NCBI GenBank assembly: GCA_016183245.1
Contig: JACPEY010000033.1
Location: 1 to 52,818, forward strand
Direction of reading: 5' to 3'
DNA: 52,818 nucleotides
Origin: Candidatus Daviesbacteria bacterium
GTDB taxonomy: Bacteria; Patescibacteriota; Microgenomatia; Daviesbacterales; UBA10151
Part shown: positions 27,892 through 35,831 of the stretch, in pieces
How positions within the stretch are numbered: the first letter of the stretch is position 1
Layout of the letters: each line of letters opens with the position of its first letter
The notes under the pieces: generated by a model
Told to the model about the DNA's origin: nothing
Databases searched by the model: none
Seen by the model: only the letters and a program-made list of their open reading frames with translations
Translations under genes and position numbers: made by a program

Positions 27892-27929
27892 AATGGTTTA
27901 TTGGTTTTTATATGAAAGGAGGTGAAATT

Positions 27930-28325
27930 ATGGCAAATAGAATAGAAGCTTCAGCAGGACGAGCAATTGATGCAGTAGAAGCTTTACCAAGAGGCGGTCA
28001 GGTAGCAGAGGAGGTTTATGTTGGCAAGCACCCTCTTTTAGATGCCCATTTACAAGAAGTAGGACGCGTAGTTGGTTTGACTGCGTTAGGGAAGGGAGCA
28101 GCAAGATTAGCTGGAAATGAAGGGATTAGATGTATAATTCTTGAAAAAAATGGAGGGCTTCGTAATTTTAAAGGTGCAATTTTTTTAGCGATAGATCAGG
28201 GAAATCAAAAAGGCGGCGAGAGAAAAAATTATATCTTTGAACCAGGAAAAGAGCTTGATATACCTGATGGTGAGAGGCGTTTAGTGCAAACAGTTCTTGA
28301 AAATATTGCCCAGCTGGCTGTGTAA
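27930..28325 (+). CDS. Hypothetical protein, first gene after the SAM riboswitch
   Basis: Strong SD AAAGGAGGTGA before ATG 27930. Confidence 0.75.
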   Translation: MANRIEASAGRAIDAVEALPRGGQVAEEVYVGKHPLLDAHLQEVGRVVGLTALGKGAARLAGNEGIRCIILEKNGGLRNFKGAIFLAIDQGNQKGGERKNYIFEPGKELDIPDGERRLVQTVLENIAQLAV

Positions 28326-28356
28326 CTTTGAATCTCGTTATGAAGATTATGATAAG

Positions 28357-28380
28357 AGCTGGGTGTTAAAACACCCAGCT
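28357..28380. other. Intergenic hairpin AGCTGGGTGTT-AA-AACACCCAGCT
   Basis: Perfect inverted repeat with no T tail; possible RNA processing or stability element. Confidence 0.6.
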
Positions 28381-28427
28381 CAAAGGCTTGAATAAGTATT
28401 TGATGAAGCAGACGAAAGGAGAAAAAT

Positions 28428-29582
28428 ATGAATACTACAGAAATTAAAACAAGAGTGCCGTCATTTCCTAATATAGAGGCGGTTCAGGCTGCTCAATTGG
28501 CAAAAAAAGAGCAGCGTGAGGCTGATTTGTATCCCCGGGATGGCAGCAGGGAGCTTTTTGGGCTGGAGAGAGATATTGCGGAAATGTTGGGTGTGAGACC
28601 GGGCAACCTGTTGCTTTACAATACCGGCATGTCGGCTGTGGTAGATGCTTTGGAAATTTTACGGCCTACTGCTGGAACCAGAATACTTAGAGCGACTGAG
28701 GGCTATAGTCAGGCAAGGGGTTATATCAATGATGAATTAAAATCAAGGGGTGTAGCCGTGGTTGAAACAAATGCACAGTCAACCCAAGAACTTAATCAAG
28801 ATCTTGAGGCTAAAAGGCCAGATATAGTTTTTTTGGAAACTGTTACTAATGGTTCTGAGATGGCAGTTTTAAATGTAGATGAATTTCTAAATTTATCAAG
28901 CTTACGAAAATTGGATCCTTTGATAATCCTGGATAATACTTTACCAACCTCTACGGGTTTACCATTAGGCCAAATACTGGAAACATCGGACAGAAAAATA
29001 ATAGGCGTTGAAAGCGGAACAAAGTTTTTGGGTTTAAATGCGGAGATGTGTGGGATGGCTTATACTTATAATCTGGAATTACTATCACTTTTAAGAAAGA
29101 GGAGACAGCGGACAGGATCATTGCTTAGCGCATCAGCAGCAGAAACAATTAGGGATTGTATGCCTGGAACAGCAGAAGAATATTACCGGAGAAACAAAGC
29201 TATTTTTAAACATACATTAAGACTTGCCAGAGTGTGTGTTGAAAGCCAAAACCCGGAGAGCCAGTTTGTAGTAAATCATCCAAATTTACCAAATCACGAA
29301 AATAGCTATTATGTCAACTTGCATGCACCAGATGGAATATCGCCAGTCCTTTTTCTCGTGCCTGCAGATTTAGACAGTCATGTTCGTATTGCTGAAGCAC
29401 TCTGGTCAAATTTAACTATTTCGTCATTGTGCGATTTGGGGCAAAGTTTCGGTTTTGACAGGACCAGGATTTGGCCTGATGATAGTAGTCCCGTGGTTAG
29501 GGTTAGCGGTGGAATTTATTCAGAAGCAGAGCAGGCAGCATTAGATAAGGCTTTTTACCAAGTTTTATCAGATTATCAATAA
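28428..29582 (+). CDS. PLP-dependent Cys/Met metabolism enzyme (cystathionine gamma-synthase/lyase-like)
   Basis: YPRDG, TGMSAV, ETVTN, LDNT and ESGTKFLG (PLP lysine) motifs. Confidence 0.85.
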   Translation: MNTTEIKTRVPSFPNIEAVQAAQLAKKEQREADLYPRDGSRELFGLERDIAEMLGVRPGNLLLYNTGMSAVVDALEILRPTAGTRILRATEGYSQARGYINDELKSRGVAVVETNAQSTQELNQDLEAKRPDIVFLETVTNGSEMAVLNVDEFLNLSSLRKLDPLIILDNTLPTSTGLPLGQILETSDRKIIGVESGTKFLGLNAEMCGMAYTYNLELLSLLRKRRQRTGSLLSASAAETIRDCMPGTAEEYYRRNKAIFKHTLRLARVCVESQNPESQFVVNHPNLPNHENSYYVNLHAPDGISPVLFLVPADLDSHVRIAEALWSNLTISSLCDLGQSFGFDRTRIWPDDSSPVVRVSGGIYSEAEQAALDKAFYQVLSDYQ

Positions 29583-29584
29583 GT

Positions 29585-30163
29585 ATGGAAAGAGTAAAAA
29601 ATGCAGTAATATTTCATGGTAGTGGAGACGGTCCTAGCTCATACTGGATACCCTATATGAGGCAGGGTCTGGAACTGAAAGGTTATCAGGTGAGGACACC
29701 ACAACTGCCTAATGATTCAGAGAGACTAGGATTAGACTTGTGGTTGCCTGAAGCTTTAAAGGCGCCTGATGTAAACACACGCCTTTTAATTGCCCACTCA
29801 GCCGGAGTGCCCCTTGCTTTGAGTGTGTTAGAAAGTCTAAAGGATGTAACCATAAATCAGGTAATTTTAGTGGCAGGTTTTTGTTCGCCAAGGGAATTAG
29901 ATGAATGGTGTGATGAGAGAAATCCAATTCTACAAGCCAGTTATGATTGGGATGCAATCCGGGCTCGCGTGGGACAGGTTATCTGCCTTAATTCAGATGA
30001 TGATCCATACACCTGTGATGATAGAAAAGGGCAGGAAATAGTTAATTTAATAGGATCGGATAAAGCTAGACTTATTGTGATGAAAGGCCAGGGACATATG
30101 GGTTCAGACTTTTTTCAGCAGCCTTATAAGGAGTTTCCGTTTCTTCTTAGTTTGGTGGGATAA
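29585..30163 (+). CDS. RBBP9/YdeN-family alpha/beta hydrolase
   Basis: IFHG, W.P, AHSAG, LVAGF, SDDDPY and GH catalytic motifs. Confidence 0.88.
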   Translation: MERVKNAVIFHGSGDGPSSYWIPYMRQGLELKGYQVRTPQLPNDSERLGLDLWLPEALKAPDVNTRLLIAHSAGVPLALSVLESLKDVTINQVILVAGFCSPRELDEWCDERNPILQASYDWDAIRARVGQVICLNSDDDPYTCDDRKGQEIVNLIGSDKARLIVMKGQGHMGSDFFQQPYKEFPFLLSLVG

Positions 30164-30183
30164 CTTTTTCAGATATTCATAAT

Positions 30184-30217
30184 TCAAAATCCAGTAAAAG
30201 AGGCAGGTGGTCGGAGA
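30184..30217. repeat. 34-bp direct repeat copy 1 (relic 3' end of an EEP gene, ISDHLPLLLDFEL*)
   Basis: 33/34 identical to 31344-31377. Confidence 0.9.
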
Positions 30218-30220
30218 TAT

Positions 30221-30257
30221 TTGTCAAATCTGCTATAATCTGCTATAATCTGCTATA
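30221..30257 (+). promoter_or_regulatory. Fic promoter overlapped by (AATCTGCTAT)x3
   Basis: TTGTCA-17-TATAAT with a TG extension; three 10-bp direct repeats. Confidence 0.7.
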
Positions 30258-30278
30258 GTTAAAATATCACTTGCAATT

Positions 30279-31340
30279 ATGATTAAAAACAGAAAGTTTG
30301 AAAAAAGGTTAGAGCTGATTCCTGCGCAAATTTTGCTAAAACTTGCTCAAATTGATGAGCTAAAAGGTAAGTGGAGCGCAGGAGCCAGTTTAAATCCCCA
30401 ACTTCTGGGCAGGCTTAAAAAATCAGTTCTGATTACCTCTACAGGCGCTTCTACCAGGATTGAAGGCGCCAGGTTATCAGATGATGATATTGAAGATTTA
30501 ATGCAGGGTATTGCCGTGCAGAAATTTACTGATAGGGACAGACAGGAGATCCAGGGTTATTATGAATTGCTGCAGATAATTTTTGAAAACTGGGAACATA
30601 TCAGATTTGGGGAAAATACAATAAAACACCTGCATCAGGAATTATTAAAGTATGCTGAGAAAGACCAGAATCACAGAGGTAGATACAAAAGTACCGACAA
30701 TAAGGTTGAGATGGTTGATGAAAAAGGCCGCAGGATTGGAGTTATTTTTGATACTACTCCGGCATATCTCACGCCCAAACAGATGCAGGAATTGGTTGAA
30801 TGGACCAGGGGCGCTTTGGATACCAAGCTCTCGCATCCCCTTATTATTATTGGCAACTTTTTAGTTGAATTTTTAAATATCCACCCTTTTAGAGATGGAA
30901 ATGGCAGATTATCCAGAATTTTGGCTAACCTGCTTTTGATTCAGACAGGCTATCTATACATACCGTATGTTTCTCACGAGAGGCTGATTGAGGATCAAAA
31001 ACCCCAGTATTATCTTGCTCTAAGAAAAAGCCAGAAGACTTTTAAAAAGGGTGTTGGTAATATTGCACCGTGGCTGGAGTTTTTCTTAGATATTGTTTTT
31101 GCTCAATCAAAAGAGGCTATAAGTTTAATGTCCGGTGAAAATATTGAGGATATTTTATCCCTCAAACAAAGAGTAGTCTGGCAGTATCTGCAAAACGTTG
31201 ATGAAGCCTCACCCGGGCAGATAGCCAAATCGACAAAAGTTGCTTATGCAACCGTCAGACAGGCGCTTGCAAAGCTGTTTGACCTGAAGAAAGTTAAAAG
31301 AGTAGGCATGGGAAGAAGTTCCCGTTATTGCAAAGTTTAA
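30279..31340 (+). CDS. Fic-domain protein (class II, autoinhibited) with C-terminal HTH
   Basis: HPFRDGNGRLSR; inhibitory STRIEG motif; wHTH-like C terminus. Confidence 0.93.
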   Translation: MIKNRKFEKRLELIPAQILLKLAQIDELKGKWSAGASLNPQLLGRLKKSVLITSTGASTRIEGARLSDDDIEDLMQGIAVQKFTDRDRQEIQGYYELLQIIFENWEHIRFGENTIKHLHQELLKYAEKDQNHRGRYKSTDNKVEMVDEKGRRIGVIFDTTPAYLTPKQMQELVEWTRGALDTKLSHPLIIIGNFLVEFLNIHPFRDGNGRLSRILANLLLIQTGYLYIPYVSHERLIEDQKPQYYLALRKSQKTFKKGVGNIAPWLEFFLDIVFAQSKEAISLMSGENIEDILSLKQRVVWQYLQNVDEASPGQIAKSTKVAYATVRQALAKLFDLKKVKRVGMGRSSRYCKV

Positions 31341-32143
31341 ATATCAAAATCCAGTAAAAGGGGCAGGTGGTCGGAGACGTCAGTGTCTAAAACTTTGAAG
31401 GAATTTATCTTTATACCTTTGCTTACTAAAATATAATCTACAACATTTCTTTCCAGATGATTTAGCTCATTAGTTTGCGGTCTGGTGGTTTTGATATGAT
31501 GTTCATCAACTAAGCTGATGAAATCTTTAAAGACCCTCATGGATTCTGTATCCGGAAATAAATTAAAATCCCCTGTAATTATGACCGGATAATCAACTTC
31601 TTTGGCCAGTTGATTAACCTTTTGACAAGCCTTTAAAGTATCTTTATTGCCAATTTTTTCCCTGGTCCAGATGCCGTGATAATTTATAACCCTTAACTTT
31701 TTTAAGTTTGGTAATTTAAAATCTACAACCTGTACTGCTTTGGATTCGGATTTTGGCCAGGTAGACCAGTCTAGAATCTGAATATTTTTATTGTCGGTGA
31801 TAAATATATTTATTTTTTTTAATATTTTAAATTTACTTTTAATATAATTTCCGGATTCTAAAAATCCCCCGAAATCAAAATCAAAATTTTCTTTTTGATG
31901 AAAATTCTTCCGGTGGAAATCGCGAATCTTACAGGTGGGGGCAAAAAAGGAATAACTTAATTTTTTAGTAGCTTTATCTATCAAATCTTTTGAGAGGTAA
32001 TTTGGATCAACTTCAGTATCAACTTTATCTGCAACTTCCTGCAAACAAACAATATCAGGATTTTGCTCAAGCAGGAATTTATATAACTGCTCATTATTGG
32101 TTTCAAACAAGGCAACATTTAATGAGATAAGTTGCATGTTCAT
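31337..32143 (-). CDS. Endonuclease/exonuclease/phosphatase (EEP) family protein
   Basis: ISLNV, DIVCLQE, TGDFN, VDYI and SDHLP motifs. Confidence 0.92.
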   Translation of the reverse strand: MNMQLISLNVALFETNNEQLYKFLLEQNPDIVCLQEVADKVDTEVDPNYLSKDLIDKATKKLSYSFFAPTCKIRDFHRKNFHQKENFDFDFGGFLESGNYIKSKFKILKKINIFITDNKNIQILDWSTWPKSESKAVQVVDFKLPNLKKLRVINYHGIWTREKIGNKDTLKACQKVNQLAKEVDYPVIITGDFNLFPDTESMRVFKDFISLVDEHHIKTTRPQTNELNHLERNVVDYILVSKGIKINSFKVLDTDVSDHLPLLLDFDI

Positions 32144-32430
32144 TTGTATTCTTTGTGTGTTCCAGAATGTTTAGTGACGGCAAATAAAAGAATAATTTGC
32201 TTCTCTTCTGCATCAAAAGCCCAAATAATTCGTAAATCACCAGTCACCCAACTACTCCATTTTTCTCCGAAATTTCGTGTATTTACTTTATGACTTTTTA
32301 GTGAAGGATAGGCTGGATCGTTTTTCAGTAATCTCAATGCTTTCTCTATTCGTTTTTCAAGTTCCTGATTATCTTTAATTAGTGTTTTGTAGGTAGGAGC
32401 AAAGGTACTTGCGAAATGGAGAGCGTACAT
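32140..32430 (-). CDS. RelE/ParE-superfamily toxin (YafQ/HigB-like)
   Basis: DPAYPSLKSHK...WSSWVTGDLRIIW. Confidence 0.8.
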   Translation of the reverse strand: MYALHFASTFAPTYKTLIKDNQELEKRIEKALRLLKNDPAYPSLKSHKVNTRNFGEKWSSWVTGDLRIIWAFDAEEKQIILLFAVTKHSGTHKEYK

Positions 32431-32432
32431 CT

Positions 32433-32690
32433 TTAAAGGCTCTTGAGATACGCATTAAGATCTTTATCTGTTCTGACTACAGTATATCGTCCGTTTTTGT
32501 AATCTTTTAAACCTTTTGCAATGAGCTTTTCAGTTGCTTCGTCTATGAGTGGAGCGCTTACCTCTTTTGAATACTTTTCAGCAAGAGCTACTTTTATAAT
32601 CTCAGCTTCGGACAATAGTAAGTACTTGCTTCTAAGATAAGCTAAAACTTCTGCTAGTTCCGGTGTTTTATTTAATCTAATCTGTGACAT
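32433..32690 (-). CDS. Putative antitoxin
   Basis: Small ORF just upstream of the toxin; KGLKDYKNGRY tail; TTGACA-17-TAAAAT promoter. Confidence 0.7.
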   Translation of the reverse strand: MSQIRLNKTPELAEVLAYLRSKYLLLSEAEIIKVALAEKYSKEVSAPLIDEATEKLIAKGLKDYKNGRYTVVRTDKDLNAYLKSL

Positions 32691-32737
32691 ATACTGACTA
32701 TTTTAGTGTATTTACTACCCAATGTCAAGTAGTCGAT

Positions 32738-33994
32738 TTAGGTTCCTTCATTCCAGGAGGATAAATATTTTTTCTGTTCTTTGGTTAAGGTATCAATTTT
32801 GACCCCTAATGATTCCAGCTTTAGTTTGGCAATCATGTCATCTAACTCTTGCGGCACAGTATAAACATCTGTTTTTAATTTGCCGCGGTTTTGCACCAAG
32901 AATTCAGCAGCCAAAGCCTGATTGGCAAAGCTCATATCCATTACATCAGGCGGGTGGCCTTCTGCTGAGGCTAAATTAATCAGCCGGCCTTCTCCCAGCA
33001 CAAAAATCTTTTTACCGTCACTTAAAATAATTTCTTCCAGATTATCCCGCAAAATTCTTCTGCTTTTGGCAATCTTGACTAAACCATCATAATCAAACTC
33101 CACATTAAAGTGGCCGGTATTGGAAACAATGCATCCGTCTTTAATTTTTTTAAAATGTTCAACTGATAAAACGGTTTTATTGCCGGTGGCAGTACAAATA
33201 ATGTCGGCAATTTTAACAGCTTCGGAAACCGGCATTACCTCAAAACCATCCATTACAGCCTCCAAAGCTTTTAAAGGATCAACCTCTGTGATGATTACCT
33301 GTGATCCCATGCCCCGGGCTCTTTGAGCCAACCCCCTTCCGCACCAGCCGTAGCCTACTACTACAAATTTTTTACCTGCCAAAAGCACATTGGTGGCTCT
33401 GATTATTCCGTCAACGGTGGATTGGCCGGTGCCGTAACGGTTATCAAACATGTGTTTGGTGTTACTATCATTGACTGCAATGGCGGGTATTTTTAGCGTG
33501 TCGTCTTTTAACATGGCCCGAAGTCTTATAACTCCGGTGGTTGTTTCTTCGGTAGAACCTAAAACTTTAGGTAGTTGGGATTTCCTTTTTGTGTGCAGTA
33601 AAGTAACTAAATCTGCCCCGTCATCCATGGTAATTTGTGGTTTAAAGTCCAAGACTTCATTTAAATGCTTATAATAGGTATCTTTGTCTTCGCCCTTGAG
33701 GGAAAAAGTAGGGATATTAAAATCTGCTGCCAATGAGGCAGCCACATCATCTTGAGTGGATAAGGGGTTGGAAGCACAAAGCGCCAAATTTGCTCCTCCT
33801 GCTTTTAAAGCAATCATTAAATTTGCAGTTTCTGCAGTTACATGCAGGCAAGCCCCTAAGGTTATACCTTTTAAGGGTTTTTCTTTGGTAAAACGATTTT
33901 TAATAAGTTCCAAAACCTTCATCTGGGAACCAGCCCATTCAATTCGGAGTTTTCCTTTAGGTGCAAGTTTAATGTTTTTAATATCTTTTTTCAT
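32738..33994 (-). CDS. ahcY: Adenosylhomocysteinase
   Basis: [41 protein letters not shown] and [11 protein letters not shown] motifs. Confidence 0.98.
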   Translation of the reverse strand: MKKDIKNIKLAPKGKLRIEWAGSQMKVLELIKNRFTKEKPLKGITLGACLHVTAETANLMIALKAGGANLALCASNPLSTQDDVAASLAADFNIPTFSLKGEDKDTYYKHLNEVLDFKPQITMDDGADLVTLLHTKRKSQLPKVLGSTEETTTGVIRLRAMLKDDTLKIPAIAVNDSNTKHMFDNRYGTGQSTVDGIIRATNVLLAGKKFVVVGYGWCGRGLAQRARGMGSQVIITEVDPLKALEAVMDGFEVMPVSEAVKIADIICTATGNKTVLSVEHFKKIKDGCIVSNTGHFNVEFDYDGLVKIAKSRRILRDNLEEIILSDGKKIFVLGEGRLINLASAEGHPPDVMDMSFANQALAAEFLVQNRGKLKTDVYTVPQELDDMIAKLKLESLGVKIDTLTKEQKKYLSSWNEGT

Positions 33995-34004
33995 AAAATG
34001 TTTT

Positions 34005-34085
34005 GTCATTGCGAGGAGCGAGTCTTCGAGCGACGTGGCAATCTATTTTATATAGAAGATTGCTTTGCTAATCGCTCGCAATGAC
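34005..34085. repeat. Palindromic element GTCATTGCGAG...CTCGCAATGAC (intergenic)
   Basis: 11-bp terminal inverted repeat plus GCAATCT/AGATTGC stem. Confidence 0.9.
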
Positions 34086-34087
34086 GG

Positions 34088-35023
34088 TCACAGCAGATTC
34101 AATTCCTCTTCAAAATTATGTTGGTATCTTTTACAAAATTCCTCAACTGTAAATTTGTGATTAGTTGTACCATATTTTTCTACTGAATAACAAGAAGCAA
34201 TAGAGCCCATTTGCCCGCAAACTTTCAGGTCCAAACTCTTTAAATGCCCTGCTAAAAATCCAGCTCTATAAGCATCTCCTGCCCCGGTGGGGTCAACAAC
34301 TTTGCCTGGTTTGGCTGGCTGAATTTGAATGGTTTGATTTTTGGTCTGGATAATAGACCCTTTTTCACCTAAAGTGGTAATAAGTATCTTAGCCTGCCCC
34401 AAAAGTTTGGCCTCGTCCAGGTTAAGTTTTTCTTTTAAAAGAGCAATTTCATAATCATTGCCAATTAAAATTTCTGCGCCTTTTAACATACTTTCTAAAT
34501 TACCGGCAGTCAGAGCCGGCAGCTGCATGCCGGGGTCTAACATATAAGGGATGTTTTGTTTTTGGCAATCAGAGGTAAGATTTATCATCGCTTGAGGGTT
34601 GTTGGGGGAAATAACTGCAAAATCAGTTTTGATTCCTTTCAAAGATAACTTCTGGGCATATTCCATGGCTCCCGGATAAAAGGCAGTAATTTGATTGTCT
34701 GATTTATCAGTCATGATAAAACAGGAAGAAGTGAGGTTGTTATCAATGGTTTTAATCAGGGAAATATCTACCCCGGCATCTTTTAAGAACCTGGCATATT
34801 CTAAAAAATCCACCCCGGCCATACTAACAATAGAAACAGGAGTTTTTAGCAGGGCTAAATTGTAGGCAATATTGCCGGCAGTGCCGCCTCTTTGTTTGCT
34901 TAAAGTGTTAACCAGAAATGAAAGATTTATCTGGTGGATTTTATCAGGCATGATGTGGTCTGCAAATTTGCCAGGAAAATTCATGATATGGTCAAAAGCC
35001 AAAGATCCGGTAACAGTAATCAT
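34088..35023 (-). CDS. PfkB-family kinase, adenosine kinase-like
   Basis: TGSLAFDHIM.FPG.F, GGTAGNIAY and DPTGAGDAYRAG motifs; in an operon with ahcY. Confidence 0.88.
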   Translation of the reverse strand: MITVTGSLAFDHIMNFPGKFADHIMPDKIHQINLSFLVNTLSKQRGGTAGNIAYNLALLKTPVSIVSMAGVDFLEYARFLKDAGVDISLIKTIDNNLTSSCFIMTDKSDNQITAFYPGAMEYAQKLSLKGIKTDFAVISPNNPQAMINLTSDCQKQNIPYMLDPGMQLPALTAGNLESMLKGAEILIGNDYEIALLKEKLNLDEAKLLGQAKILITTLGEKGSIIQTKNQTIQIQPAKPGKVVDPTGAGDAYRAGFLAGHLKSLDLKVCGQMGSIASCYSVEKYGTTNHKFTVEEFCKRYQHNFEEELNLL

Positions 35024-35054
35024 GTTTTTAAGTATACACTGCTATACTATATCT

Positions 35055-35159
35055 GTGAATGAAGAATTTATTAAAAAGGTAATTGCATTAAGAGGAGATG
35101 AAGGGAAAAGGTGGTTAAATGATTTGCCAAAACGTTTGGGTTTTATGTTTCTCCGCTGA
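35055..35159 (+). pseudogene. 5' remnant resembling the N terminus of an APH(6)/hydroxyurea-resistance-type kinase
   Basis: TGCTATACT 6 nt before GTG; VNEEFIKKVIALRGDEGKRWLNDLP, then runs into the TA toxin 3' end. Confidence 0.5.
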
Positions 35160-35499
35160 TAATAGTCAATTTACCAAAAAGAGCGCGTTCGGAACTTCTG
35201 GTAAAAAGGGCCGTTAATTTTTTATCAATATCGTCTTCGCTTAGATTAGTGGAAACACCCACAATACCTGTAGTATTACTCAACTCTACAAACTCCACAA
35301 AATCTTTGACATTAAATGTTACGACTACCATATGATTTTTAGAAGCAAATTGAAATATTTGCCAATCAGACCAACCTTTACGTTCCGGATTTTGCAGAAC
35401 GTGTTTTACAGTAAACTTTTTGTTTAACCTGGGTAGATATGAACGCACGAAGAAATTTTCGTCAAGGAGAATTTTGTGCTTGAAAAATTTTACCTTCAT
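35143..35499 (-). CDS. DUF5615/PIN-like putative toxin
   Basis: ILLDEN...SDWQI...VVTFNVKDF. Confidence 0.8.
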   Translation of the reverse strand: MKVKFFKHKILLDENFFVRSYLPRLNKKFTVKHVLQNPERKGWSDWQIFQFASKNHMVVVTFNVKDFVEFVELSNTTGIVGVSTNLSEDDIDKKLTALFTRSSERALFGKLTIISGET

Positions 35500-35710
35500 C
35501 CTTATTAGTATCTATCTTGGTAGCTAGCTCCGCAATAGCTCCTTTGAATGCTTTTTTGGGAACCCATGGATAATGATCGTGAATCTCGTCGATTGTGTAC
35601 CCTTCAGAAACCATATACAAAATTCTCTCTATCGGTACACGGGTACCGGTGATAACCAGTGCCCCGCGCATAATATCTGGTTTAGATGAGATGTAAGATT
35701 GTTTTTTCAT
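35462..35710 (-). CDS. DUF433-family antitoxin
   Basis: PDIMRGALVITGTRVPIE...HYPWV. Confidence 0.88.
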   Translation of the reverse strand: MKKQSYISSKPDIMRGALVITGTRVPIERILYMVSEGYTIDEIHDHYPWVPKKAFKGAIAELATKIDTNKDEGKIFQAQNSP

Positions 35711-35831
35711 ATATTAATTATACATCACATCGCCAAAAGCAACACTTCTACTGGCAGGCCTGTCATTACCCAAATTTTTATCCCACCAAATTTTGACTTT
35801 CAGCCTTATAGTGTGGTAGAATTTGCCATCT

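Noticed and set aside
33995..34009. ahcY start at 34009 (and likewise the start at 48254)
   Set aside because: These ATGs come from the ATGAC terminus of the palindromic elements; downstream ATGs fit better
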